From: Thermoplasmatota archaeon
GTDB taxonomy: Archaea > Thermoplasmatota > Thermoplasmata > Halarchaeoplasmatales > Halarchaeoplasmataceae
DNA: 44,260 nucleotides
Direction: 5' to 3'
NCBI GenBank assembly: GCA_036626195.1
Contig: JAZKSH010000003.1
Span: 1-44,260, forward strand
Shown here: positions 28,703-38,600 of the stretch, piece by piece
How the letters are laid out: the number at the start of each line of letters is the position of its first letter
Position numbering within the stretch: the first letter of the stretch is position 1
Program-made: the position numbers and the translations under genes
Notes under the pieces: model-generated
Told to the model about the DNA's origin: nothing
What the model saw: the letters and a program-made list of their open reading frames with translations, nothing else
Database searches by the model: none

Positions 28703-30697
28703 ATGGGTATGGAAAATCTACCGTTAAAAAAGCTAATTATCATATTGATCATCGCCGTTTTTTTACTCGGCACGACGACTCTTCCTTTTGCTTCTGCTGA
28801 ACCGGTAAAGACTACTGAGACAGACCAGGCAGCCGGGTTCCCCTATCCAGGAGATGATTGGGCCTGGAGTATGATAGGAACACAATACGCACACCGTAGG
28901 GGTGAGTATGGAGAGGATGTAGTGGTTGCGGTATTGGATACGGGCATCGACTACACTCATCCTGACCTCGAGGACAAGATGTGGGACGGAGTAGGCTACG
29001 ATTTCGTTGATAATAACGAGGACCCCATGGACGAGCACGGTCACGGCACTCACGTGGCAGGAATAATAGCGAGTGTAGCCCCTGAAGCTGAACTCATGGC
29101 ACTGAGGGTGATCGAAGAGAGCGGGGGCGACTGGGTAGATGTTTCAAAAGCGATCGAATACGCTAGGAACAACGGTGCGGACATAATCTCCATGAGTTTT
29201 GGAGGGCAGTACAGCGCGTTCACTCCTGCCTTCGAACTCCAGATGGAACGCGCCTACAACTGGGATGATATCCTTCATGTAGCCGCAGCGGGGAACGACG
29301 ACAGCGACGAGAAGTATTATCCTGCGGGTTACGATTCGGTTATAAGCGTTTCAGCCGTCGATTCTGATAAAGAAAGGGCGGATTACAGCAATCACGGCGA
29401 TTGGATAGAGGTGACCGCACCAGGAGGAGGTTCTCTTGATCAAGTCTATTCAACATTACCCAATGAGAGTTACGGAGAGAAGATGGGGACATCTATGGCG
29501 TGTCCTTTCGTGAGTGGTGTTGCAGCGCTGAGGAGGAGTCTGAAACCGGGAGAAAGCAACGACGAAGTTAGAGATTTACTGCGGCAGACAGCCATAGATC
29601 TGGATAATGAAGAGTATTACGGGAACGGCCTCGTGAACGCTTATAGGGCTTCGGGCGGAGAAGTACCGACACCTGTTCAAGAGGTAAAAGCGGACCCGGC
29701 CGATTCTAGTGTAAATCTCAGCTGGAACGACCCGTGGCATCAGGGTGCCTCTCCAATAGCTGGTTTCAGGATATATCGGGCGGAAGAAGGCCAAGAGATG
29801 GAGATGATAGAGGAAGTGGATCCGGGACAGTATGAGTATGAAGATCAGGGCGTGGAAAACAACGTGACTTATCAGTACACAGTCACCGCCTACAACGATG
29901 AAGGAGAGAGTCTTGATAGCGAAATCGTCCAGGCTACGCCGAGAGAAGAGACAGTCAGTCCTTCCAGGCCTAGAGAGATCGACGCAGAAGTTCTGGACGA
30001 CGGTGTTGAATTGACATGGAAAGAACCTCTCGATGATGGAGGATCTTCGATAACCGGTTATAGCATCTACCGAAAGGAGTCCGGGGAAGATGAATTTGAA
30101 TGGCTGGGAGAAGTGGATGGTGAGATAACTGAATATCTTGATAAGACGGTCAGTCCCGGGACCGAATACATTTATGCCGTCACATCCGAGAACGAGATAG
30201 GAGAAAGCGAGATGTCTATCACCGATCCTGTACTCGTTCCGGAAGACCATGATCCTTCTCCTACTGAGCCATCGGCACCCGGCGAGGTTTCAGCAGAGCT
30301 TTTAGACGAAGGAGTGGAAGTGACATGGGAAGAACCACTAGATGACGGCGGCTCTTCAATAACCGCTTACAGGATATATAGAAAGGAAGAAGGAGATAGT
30401 GAATTCGAATTTATAGGCGAAACGGAGAGCGAGACGTTCAGCTATCTCGATAATACCGTTTCCTCCGGCTCTGAGTACACTTACGCAGTAACCGCCCAAA
30501 ACGAGATAGGAGAGAGCGAGAAGGCGCATTCCGCCGCGGTATCTATTTCCGAAGATTACACCCCTGTACCTCAAGAAGATGAAGGCTGGTTTGATCGGAT
30601 AAGCGAGAGTGATGTACCTCTCATACCTCTGCTCATTGTAGGGATAGGTCTCCTAATTGTCGTCGTTATCGCTCTAGCGAAGCGGAGTGAAACATAG
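28703..30697 (+). CDS. Membrane-anchored S8 subtilase with three fibronectin-III domains
   Basis: Catalytic VLDTG, HGHGTHVAG, AAAGN, GTSMACP; three Fn3 repeats; signal peptide and C-terminal TM. Confidence 0.95.
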   Translation: MGMENLPLKKLIIILIIAVFLLGTTTLPFASAEPVKTTETDQAAGFPYPGDDWAWSMIGTQYAHRRGEYGEDVVVAVLDTGIDYTHPDLEDKMWDGVGYDFVDNNEDPMDEHGHGTHVAGIIASVAPEAELMALRVIEESGGDWVDVSKAIEYARNNGADIISMSFGGQYSAFTPAFELQMERAYNWDDILHVAAAGNDDSDEKYYPAGYDSVISVSAVDSDKERADYSNHGDWIEVTAPGGGSLDQVYSTLPNESYGEKMGTSMACPFVSGVAALRRSLKPGESNDEVRDLLRQTAIDLDNEEYYGNGLVNAYRASGGEVPTPVQEVKADPADSSVNLSWNDPWHQGASPIAGFRIYRAEEGQEMEMIEEVDPGQYEYEDQGVENNVTYQYTVTAYNDEGESLDSEIVQATPREETVSPSRPREIDAEVLDDGVELTWKEPLDDGGSSITGYSIYRKESGEDEFEWLGEVDGEITEYLDKTVSPGTEYIYAVTSENEIGESEMSITDPVLVPEDHDPSPTEPSAPGEVSAELLDEGVEVTWEEPLDDGGSSITAYRIYRKEEGDSEFEFIGETESETFSYLDNTVSSGSEYTYAVTAQNEIGESEKAHSAAVSISEDYTPVPQEDEGWFDRISESDVPLIPLLIVGIGLLIVVVIALAKRSET

Positions 30698-30737
30698 GGC
30701 CCAAGAGAAGAATGTCGGCTCACTTTCTCGGAACTTC

Positions 30738-30765
30738 TTCGAATATTGTAACATAAATTTTATAA
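30738..30765 (+). promoter_or_regulatory. TTCGA-N5-GT box plus BRE/TATA of the giant repeat-protein genes
   Basis: TTCGAATATTGTAACATAAATTTTATAA. Confidence 0.65.
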
Positions 30766-30801
30766 ACTTTAATTAACCTTTATCAATGAGAGGTATGACT
30801 T

Positions 30802-33800
30802 ATGAAAGGTAAATTGCTGATCGTTATAGTCGGTCTTTTGATAGTGTTTGGAAGTGCTGCAGCCGCGGGAATGGAAAACGATCCTGTCGATGAATTGGAT
30901 GAAAAAGAAGAGTCTCCGGAAGTACTACAGGCCGGAGAAAAAGAGATGAAGAACAAGACACTGTATATGTATCGAGTCAAAGATGCCGTGAATGTCGGCG
31001 GCCGAACGACCAAGGAGATGTATAATACGACATATCCTGAAGGACAGGGGAATTCCACCGATCAGAGTTACTTCAAAGTGGTGGTCGATTGGTATCTATT
31101 CCCATCTCTAGCGGGGGACCTCCAGTTGAACGGAACGTCCTATCTGAACGTCTGGGGAAATTCATCAGGTGGGGACGTAGAGATGACCTACAACCTTACG
31201 GAGGTCGATGAAGCGGGTAACGCGAACATGATCGCCGGAAACTCAGTTTCCTATACGATGGGTAATGAATGGACCCCTTACGAGGTTCCCCTCAATATAG
31301 ACAATTATACGGTCTCCGAGGGTTCTACCTTGAAAGTGACATATCAGATATGGGGGGATTCTTCCACGTGGTACTCGATCGCCTATGGCGGTATGGTCGA
31401 TGGAGGTATGAAAGACACGAACGTTTCTTTACCCTGCATGGATTACGCGGAAGTATCTGACGTCTATACCGCCGACAGCGAAGGCAACGTTACCAATCTT
31501 TTCAATCCTGATGCGGCAGACAAGAACATAACTATGTATGCGAACGTTACCGACCCATTCGGTGGGTATGATATAGAATGGACTAACCTCACTTTAGAAG
31601 GACCGAACGGGGTGATAATGGAAAACGTCTCTATGAATAAGACATATGGCTTTTACAATTCATTCAAAACCATTTACGAATTCCCTTGGAATTATGATGG
31701 TGAACCAGAGGGAACTTATGACATCTCGGTGAGGACCGTGGATAAGAACGGGATGAGAGAAAGGGAACGCACTGGCAACTTCACACCTCACGACGAGTAC
31801 GGTTATCACTCCTTCGTGATCGGCGGTCTCGACAACTATGTCAACCTTCAAATAGAAGACAACCAGGGCTATCCTCTTGCAAATACTACGGTCAATCTAA
31901 AACCGGGTCCAGATACTATCTTCAACAGCAAGGAGACCGATGATCAAGGTATCGTCAATTTCACAGTGGCGAACGCCACGTATTTGATCAGCGTAAACTG
32001 GCAGGACCTGGAGGTAGAGACCAACCGCTCTTTAGATGTTGGGGAAGTCGGGAACCGGACAAGAAGTGATCCGTACAATCTTACCGCAGCGATCTTCTAC
32101 CCTGAATTCACTGTTCTAGACGAAGAAGATTTACCGGTGGAGGATGCCAATGTTTATGTGACCCACCCTAACGGAACGACCGTCCTTCCGCCTTACGACA
32201 CCGATCAGAACGGAAGCTTCTCCCTATATCGAACTGCAGAAGGAACCTATTCGATGGAAGTCACGTGGAAGGGAAGAGAAGTAGGTACCTTCGAGATAGG
32301 TCTAAACTGGACTTCTATCGATCAAACTCTTCACGTCAACGTTTATCATCTTACCGTACAGGTCCAAGACAATGCGGGACAGCCGGTCCCGGATGCGCTT
32401 GTAGTGTTCTCGTACAACGACACTCTGCAGACGGCCGAGAGCCTGATGACCGGACCTAACGGGACAGTTGATACAAGATTACCAGGCGCGGAATACCTTT
32501 TAGAAGTACACTGGAACGATGCTAAAGTCTATGAAGATACTTACCTATTGGATTCGACCGATTCTATAGTGATAACCGCCAATATCTACGATGTCACTGT
32601 GGAGGTGACTGATGATCTGGGCGGAGTTCTTCCAGGTGCGGAAGTCACCGCGACCTATACTGACACTGGAAGGGAAATCGGGATCAAGACTACCGATGAA
32701 AACGGCATAGTGAACTTCCAGCTCGCTGGTGGTGAACACAGGTTCGAAGTGAATTGGCTGGGCACCCAGGTGGCTGAAGAGACAAGAACCGTGGCTGGAG
32801 ACAATACGGATTTCGAGATATCAGCTTCGGTCTATCAGCTTGAAGTAGTGGCTTTGGACAACACCACCGATCACAATTCCCTATCCAGCGCCTATGTCTC
32901 GGTAAGGATCGACGGAGAGCTGGTAGACACTGGAGAGACCGACGAGAACGGCTCATATACCACTAAACTCCCTGAGACTTCCGTTGATATAGATGTAGAG
33001 TGGAAAGGAATACACGTGTATTCGATGGAGAATTATATGGTGGAAAATAACACGGATGAGGAACTGTTCTGTTCGGTTTACTACTTGGATGTGGATGTGC
33101 AGGACTCTCAGGAAGAACCGATACAGGGGGCAGAGGTGAATATCAGGTATGGAGGTTCAACTATCCAAAGAGAAACTACGGGTGAAAACGGTTCTTTACG
33201 CACTAGGTTACCTGTTGAAGAGTACGTGATCAGCACGAGCTGGTATGGTGTAGAAGTGAACGAAACTGGCTATCAGATGATCGCCGGCCAGGGAGAGAAC
33301 GAATTGCTCATAGATGCGGACGTCTATCATCTCGATATTGAAGTGATCGATGATGAGGAAGAAGCTCTCGAGGATGCAGACGTTGAATTTTATTTAGAAG
33401 ATTCACTTCTGCTCTCTGAAGTAACCGGAGAAGAAGGGAAAGTGGAGATACGCCTACCCTCGGAACAGTATTATATCCGCACCCGTTGGCGAGGATTCAC
33501 CGTTAACGAGACAGATGTCATGGTTGACCAAGACATGGAGAGAACTTTTGAAGCCGCAGTATATCATGTTGAATTCACTCCTATCGATTCGCAAGGCGAA
33601 ATGATCGAAAGCGCGTATTTAGAGATCCTCCATGAAGGTAACCTCTTTGAAAGTGCGGAAACACCGGTTTCGATGCGCCTACCAGAAGGTGAATTCGAGG
33701 CCAAGGTCACGTGGCAGGGTGTTGAAGTGTACGAGGAAAATCACCAGATAGGTGAGAGCCAGGATATGGATCTTTCATGCGATGTCTTCTATCTCACTCT

Positions 33801-35619
33801 TTCCGGCGTCGATTCTAGAGGGGAAGAAGTCACCGGTCTGACCGTTTCCGTTTATCACGAGGAGCTACCTGAAGGGCAGGACCTGCTGACCACTATATCC
33901 ATCGATGAAACTCCCACTGAAAGATTCCCTGGAGGAGAACTGAGACTCCAGGCAGAATGGCGAGGTTTCATAGTTGCGGAAGATGTGGGAGTCACCCTGG
34001 AAGAGGACGGGAGTTTCGAGATAGAATGCGGCATATATTACCTAGAGGTGACGGTGGTAGATTCAGAGGGTGAGAACCTGGACGGAGCAAATCTTGTTGT
34101 TAAAGATGAGGACGGTACCGTGTTCGTCACCGAGGTCACCGACGAAGGGGCCGCGATGCCAACACTTCCCAGTGGAACGTGGACATTAGATGCTTACTGG
34201 ATGGATAGGCATGTCGGCTCCACCACCACAGAAATAGAAGATGGAGACGAAGCGATAGTCTTCGAGGTCGATGTCCATCCGCTTCAGGCGACAGTGGTTG
34301 ACAGCGAAGGCACACCTCTCACGAACGCTGAGATCAACTTGTTAGACCAAGATGAAAATCTGGTATTCTCCAGGACTACGGACGAGAACGGCATCATAGG
34401 ATATGATCAGTTACCCGGTGGCCAGTGGTCTTTAGAGGTTATCTGGATGGATAGAAACGTTGGATTTACCACCGTCCAACTCAATGAGAGTGAAGAGATA
34501 ACGCTTGAAACCGATGTACATAACCTTTATATCACGGTAGAGGACAGCGATGAACAGATACTGAAAGGGGCGGAAGTTTCCCTGTTGGATACCGAAGAAG
34601 AGCTGGTCTACTCAACGGAGAGCGACGAAGATGGCGAAGTCTCCTTCGAGCAGATAGCCGGCGGTGAGTGGATATTGGAGGTCGATTGGCAGCGTATCCA
34701 GGTCCGCTCGATGAGTATTTCTCTTCAAGAAACAGAATCCATAGCGGTGCAGACCAACGTACACACACTCAGTGTAGATGTGGTCGACAGCGAAAATAAT
34801 CCTCTAGACGGTGCAGAAATAGTCATGTCCTATCCAGAAAATGATCTGGTTTATTCTAGAGAGAGCGATGGTGAAGGTAACGCCTCTTTCCAACAGATGG
34901 CTGGAGGAGAATGGACATTGGAAGTAGATTGGCAGCGAATTCAAGTGATGTCGTCGAACATCTCTCTAAATGAGACCGAAAGGATAACATTAGAAACAGA
35001 CGTGCACACATTAAATGTGGAGGTAGTCGACAGTGAAAACGATCCGCTGAAAGGGGCGGAAATAGTACTTTACGGTCCAAGAGAAGAGCTGGTCTACTCA
35101 AGGGAGAGCGACGAAGAAGGGAGTGCCTCTTTTGAGCAATTACCCGGCGGCGAATGGGATATAGAAGTTTACTGGAAGGAACAGAAAGTTGCTGATGTGA
35201 GCATAACTCTTGAAGACACGGGTGATGAAACCATCGAGACCGACGTACACAATCTCTCGGTCCAGGTCCTGGACAACGAAAGAAATCCTTTAAAAGGAGC
35301 CGAAGTCACTCTTATGGATGAGACTGGTCTTCCGATATCTTCTCGAGAGACGGATGAAAATGGCACAGTTGAGTTCTCCCAGCTTGTAGAGGGCGATTAT
35401 ACACTACGAACTCGTTACAGAACGACACATCTGCTCACAAATGTGGATATGGAGGAAGAGACACAGATCGGCCTAGATTCGAGTCAGGTGGCTGAAGTCA
35501 ATATCTCGGACTATCCTATACCGTTCTATACCACGAACCTCTTCTACGCGATCATGATCATATTGGCTATAGCGATCATAGGAATAGTATTGATCTCTCG
35601 TAAAAAGGAGGTGATCTGA
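30802..35619 (+). CDS. Giant surface protein (1605 aa) with tandem ~80-aa carboxypeptidase-regulatory-like beta-sandwich repeats
   Basis: Signal peptide; repeats V.D..G.PL.GA.V...TD..G...LP.G.Y...V.W; C-terminal YPIPFY + TM + RKK. Confidence 0.85.
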   Translation: MKGKLLIVIVGLLIVFGSAAAAGMENDPVDELDEKEESPEVLQAGEKEMKNKTLYMYRVKDAVNVGGRTTKEMYNTTYPEGQGNSTDQSYFKVVVDWYLFPSLAGDLQLNGTSYLNVWGNSSGGDVEMTYNLTEVDEAGNANMIAGNSVSYTMGNEWTPYEVPLNIDNYTVSEGSTLKVTYQIWGDSSTWYSIAYGGMVDGGMKDTNVSLPCMDYAEVSDVYTADSEGNVTNLFNPDAADKNITMYANVTDPFGGYDIEWTNLTLEGPNGVIMENVSMNKTYGFYNSFKTIYEFPWNYDGEPEGTYDISVRTVDKNGMRERERTGNFTPHDEYGYHSFVIGGLDNYVNLQIEDNQGYPLANTTVNLKPGPDTIFNSKETDDQGIVNFTVANATYLISVNWQDLEVETNRSLDVGEVGNRTRSDPYNLTAAIFYPEFTVLDEEDLPVEDANVYVTHPNGTTVLPPYDTDQNGSFSLYRTAEGTYSMEVTWKGREVGTFEIGLNWTSIDQTLHVNVYHLTVQVQDNAGQPVPDALVVFSYNDTLQTAESLMTGPNGTVDTRLPGAEYLLEVHWNDAKVYEDTYLLDSTDSIVITANIYDVTVEVTDDLGGVLPGAEVTATYTDTGREIGIKTTDENGIVNFQLAGGEHRFEVNWLGTQVAEETRTVAGDNTDFEISASVYQLEVVALDNTTDHNSLSSAYVSVRIDGELVDTGETDENGSYTTKLPETSVDIDVEWKGIHVYSMENYMVENNTDEELFCSVYYLDVDVQDSQEEPIQGAEVNIRYGGSTIQRETTGENGSLRTRLPVEEYVISTSWYGVEVNETGYQMIAGQGENELLIDADVYHLDIEVIDDEEEALEDADVEFYLEDSLLLSEVTGEEGKVEIRLPSEQYYIRTRWRGFTVNETDVMVDQDMERTFEAAVYHVEFTPIDSQGEMIESAYLEILHEGNLFESAETPVSMRLPEGEFEAKVTWQGVEVYEENHQIGESQDMDLSCDVFYLTLSGVDSRGEEVTGLTVSVYHEELPEGQDLLTTISIDETPTERFPGGELRLQAEWRGFIVAEDVGVTLEEDGSFEIECGIYYLEVTVVDSEGENLDGANLVVKDEDGTVFVTEVTDEGAAMPTLPSGTWTLDAYWMDRHVGSTTTEIEDGDEAIVFEVDVHPLQATVVDSEGTPLTNAEINLLDQDENLVFSRTTDENGIIGYDQLPGGQWSLEVIWMDRNVGFTTVQLNESEEITLETDVHNLYITVEDSDEQILKGAEVSLLDTEEELVYSTESDEDGEVSFEQIAGGEWILEVDWQRIQVRSMSISLQETESIAVQTNVHTLSVDVVDSENNPLDGAEIVMSYPENDLVYSRESDGEGNASFQQMAGGEWTLEVDWQRIQVMSSNISLNETERITLETDVHTLNVEVVDSENDPLKGAEIVLYGPREELVYSRESDEEGSASFEQLPGGEWDIEVYWKEQKVADVSITLEDTGDETIETDVHNLSVQVLDNERNPLKGAEVTLMDETGLPISSRETDENGTVEFSQLVEGDYTLRTRYRTTHLLTNVDMEEETQIGLDSSQVAEVNISDYPIPFYTTNLFYAIMIILAIAIIGIVLISRKKEVI

Positions 35620-35620
35620 G

Positions 35621-38600
35621 ATGGAAGGAAGATATGAAGTTTGGATGATGATGGCCGTTTCGGCACTGATGGCTTTGTTATTAGTAGGTTCGGCAGTAGG
35701 AGCACTTGGCCAAAGCGAAGAGAAGCAGATATCGATGGGAGAAAGTCCCTCTCTCACTGCAGCGGACGAGCTCAAGAATAAGACCATGTACTTTCACAAT
35801 GAAACTGGTACAGTCAATAATAATGTCGATGTTCTGACTATGAATACCACTATGGGTGATGATCTGAAGATAACTGAATGGACTTCCAATTCAATTACTA
35901 AGAATTGGTATCTAGATCCTCCTTTTGCAGGAAACTTTACCCTAAATGGGACCATTAGTACAAAGGTTTGGGTAAACCTCAGGAGTGGTTCTGGAACTAC
36001 TAATCGAGTCACGGTAAATATGACGCTTTATGAGGTTTCTGCCGACGGTAGCGAAGATAGCATCGGTACAGCCGAAAAATATCACGGAAACGGAAGAACG
36101 GTGTTCAATGAGTATAACGTATCGGGAAAATTCCACCATGAAATATCTAGAAATTCTACCTTGAGGTTAGAACTTGAATTATCGAATCCTAATTCAGTTG
36201 AAACAAAGGTTGCTTTCGGCGACTCTGAGTACCCCAGCAGGCTTGAAGTCGAAACTGACACCTACATCCAGCCCAAAAATCTCACCGTACTAGATTCTGA
36301 TTTCAACGGATCTTCCTCCTTCAGGCTCGGAGCGGACAACACAACGATCAATTTCAACGCCTCCGTTGTAGATCCGTTCGGAGGCTATGATATAAACCGA
36401 GTCAATATCACCGTTGAAGGACCAGATGGAACTGTCTTCTACCGGGAGCCCATGACCCAGGTGACCGGGAACGATACCACTTATAGAAGCAATTACACCT
36501 ATCAGTGGAACTACAGCGGAGCTCCTGAAGGAGATTATACCGTGATAGTCAGTGCCGTGGACAACACTGGCTACTACTACCGGTACCCGGATAACCCCGG
36601 CGATGAGACCTACGGAGGCCATCTCGAGTCCGTAGAGGAGGGTTTCTATATCGGCGCGCAGAGATACTTCATCCATTTCCAGACAAAAGATTCTTTGAAC
36701 AGGACCATGGAAGGTGCTAACGTTTCAGTTTACTCCTCTGGTGGAGAAGAAGTAACGTACAATCTCACCAATGATGAGGGTATAACCAATATCAGCGTTA
36801 CCGATGGTGAATACCTCATCCGGGTCTACTGGGAAGATATAGTGGTGAATGAAACGCTGTATCAGGTGAGCGATAACGTACCTTACGGGGAAGCCGTCGA
36901 GATGAATTGTTCAGTGTATGATTCCACCTACGAAATCCTTGACAGCCAGGATAATGTAGTGAAAAATGCGAACCTCTTTATACAGCATCCGAACGGCACG
37001 CTTCTCAGGAGAGTGACGGATGCAAATGGATTGGTCGAGATGAAACAGGCCCCTATAGGGAACTATACCGTGCAGATAGAATGGCTGGGCAGAGAAGTGG
37101 GATATACTGAACAGTACCTCAATTCGACTGAGAATATGACCTTGAACGCGAGGATATATTACCTGGAGATAACGACCGTGGACTCTCTTGGAGATCCGGT
37201 TTCTGAAGTACATGTATCCAGCCGCTTCAATGATACAGAACGTCTTGCAGATGCGAAGTTGACCGATATAAACGGCGAGACCATGATGAGGTTGCCCGGA
37301 ACTCAAGAGGGTTTCGGATATGACATTTCATTCCAATGGAGAGGCGTAGATGTTGGACAGATAGAAGGAGAGCCTCTTGAATCTGACAAGACGTTGGAAT
37401 TCACCATCGAAATTTATTACGTAGATTTCAGTCTTACAGATTCTATCGGGCAGGATCTTGAGGACGCTACTTTGAACGTATACAACCTCGAAACCAATAC
37501 TCTTGCAAATTCGGGAGTAACGGACGATGAAGGCAATGTGAGCCTGAGGCTTCCGAGAGGTCTTCATCAGGTCACGGTGACCTGGCGCGGACTAGAGGTG
37601 AATGAGACCCAGTTCGAGGTGACCGGAGATGATACCCTGGATATAGAATGTGCTGTCTATCACGTCGATTTCACGGCGGTGGACAGCAGAGACGAACCAC
37701 TTTCTGGTTCCCGGATCACGGTTTCACATCCCGACGTCGGTCTATTGAACAGCAAGACAGCCGATGAAGAAGGTAATGTGAGTATGAGACTACCTGGAGC
37801 GGTCCTAGAGGTCGAGGTAGATTGGAGAGGAGTCACGGTCTTCTCGCAGAACGTGGAGATCGATTCTAACGAACCAGTCCTTTTAGAAGCTGGAGTTTAC
37901 TACCTTGAATTCGAAGTCGTGGATGACTTGGAAGAACCTCTAGAAAACGCCCGCGTTGAGATATATCACGGAGGTACTTTCCTGGATGAGGATGTGACCA
38001 ACAACACCGGCATGACCGACGAGCTCAGGCTGCCCGGTGCGGATTTGAGTGTCACGGTATCTTGGAAAGAAGTTCAAGTATACGAGGGCAACATTGTTTT
38101 AGAACAAGATACCACTGAATATCTGCAGGTAGGAGTCTATCATGTCACATTTAGAGCCGAAGATGACCTGGGAGAGGCGATCCCGGATGCGAGGCTGAGA
38201 GTTACCAATGACGGGAACTTGCTGCTCAGCGGTCGAACAGATGGAGAAGGAAACATATCCAGTAGGATACCTGGTGCCGTCAACAGGGTAACTTTGGACT
38301 GGCACGGGGTCAGAGTCTATGCGGACGATATGCTCATCGATGCGTCGGAAGAGAGGTTGCTTGAAGTCGAGGCCGTGCATCGGTTGGACTACACGGTCAT
38401 CGATTCTCGGGACGAACCACTTGAGAGAGCAACACTCGACTTCTACGTTGAAGGGAATTTCGTCGGGACAAGGATAACTGATGGTGACGGGTTCCTCACG
38501 GTACGGGTACCAACGCCCTATGACGCCGCGGGAGAGTTAGAGATCTACGGGCGATGGAGAGACGTATCCGTCTACGAAGAGAACTTCACCATCGATTCGC

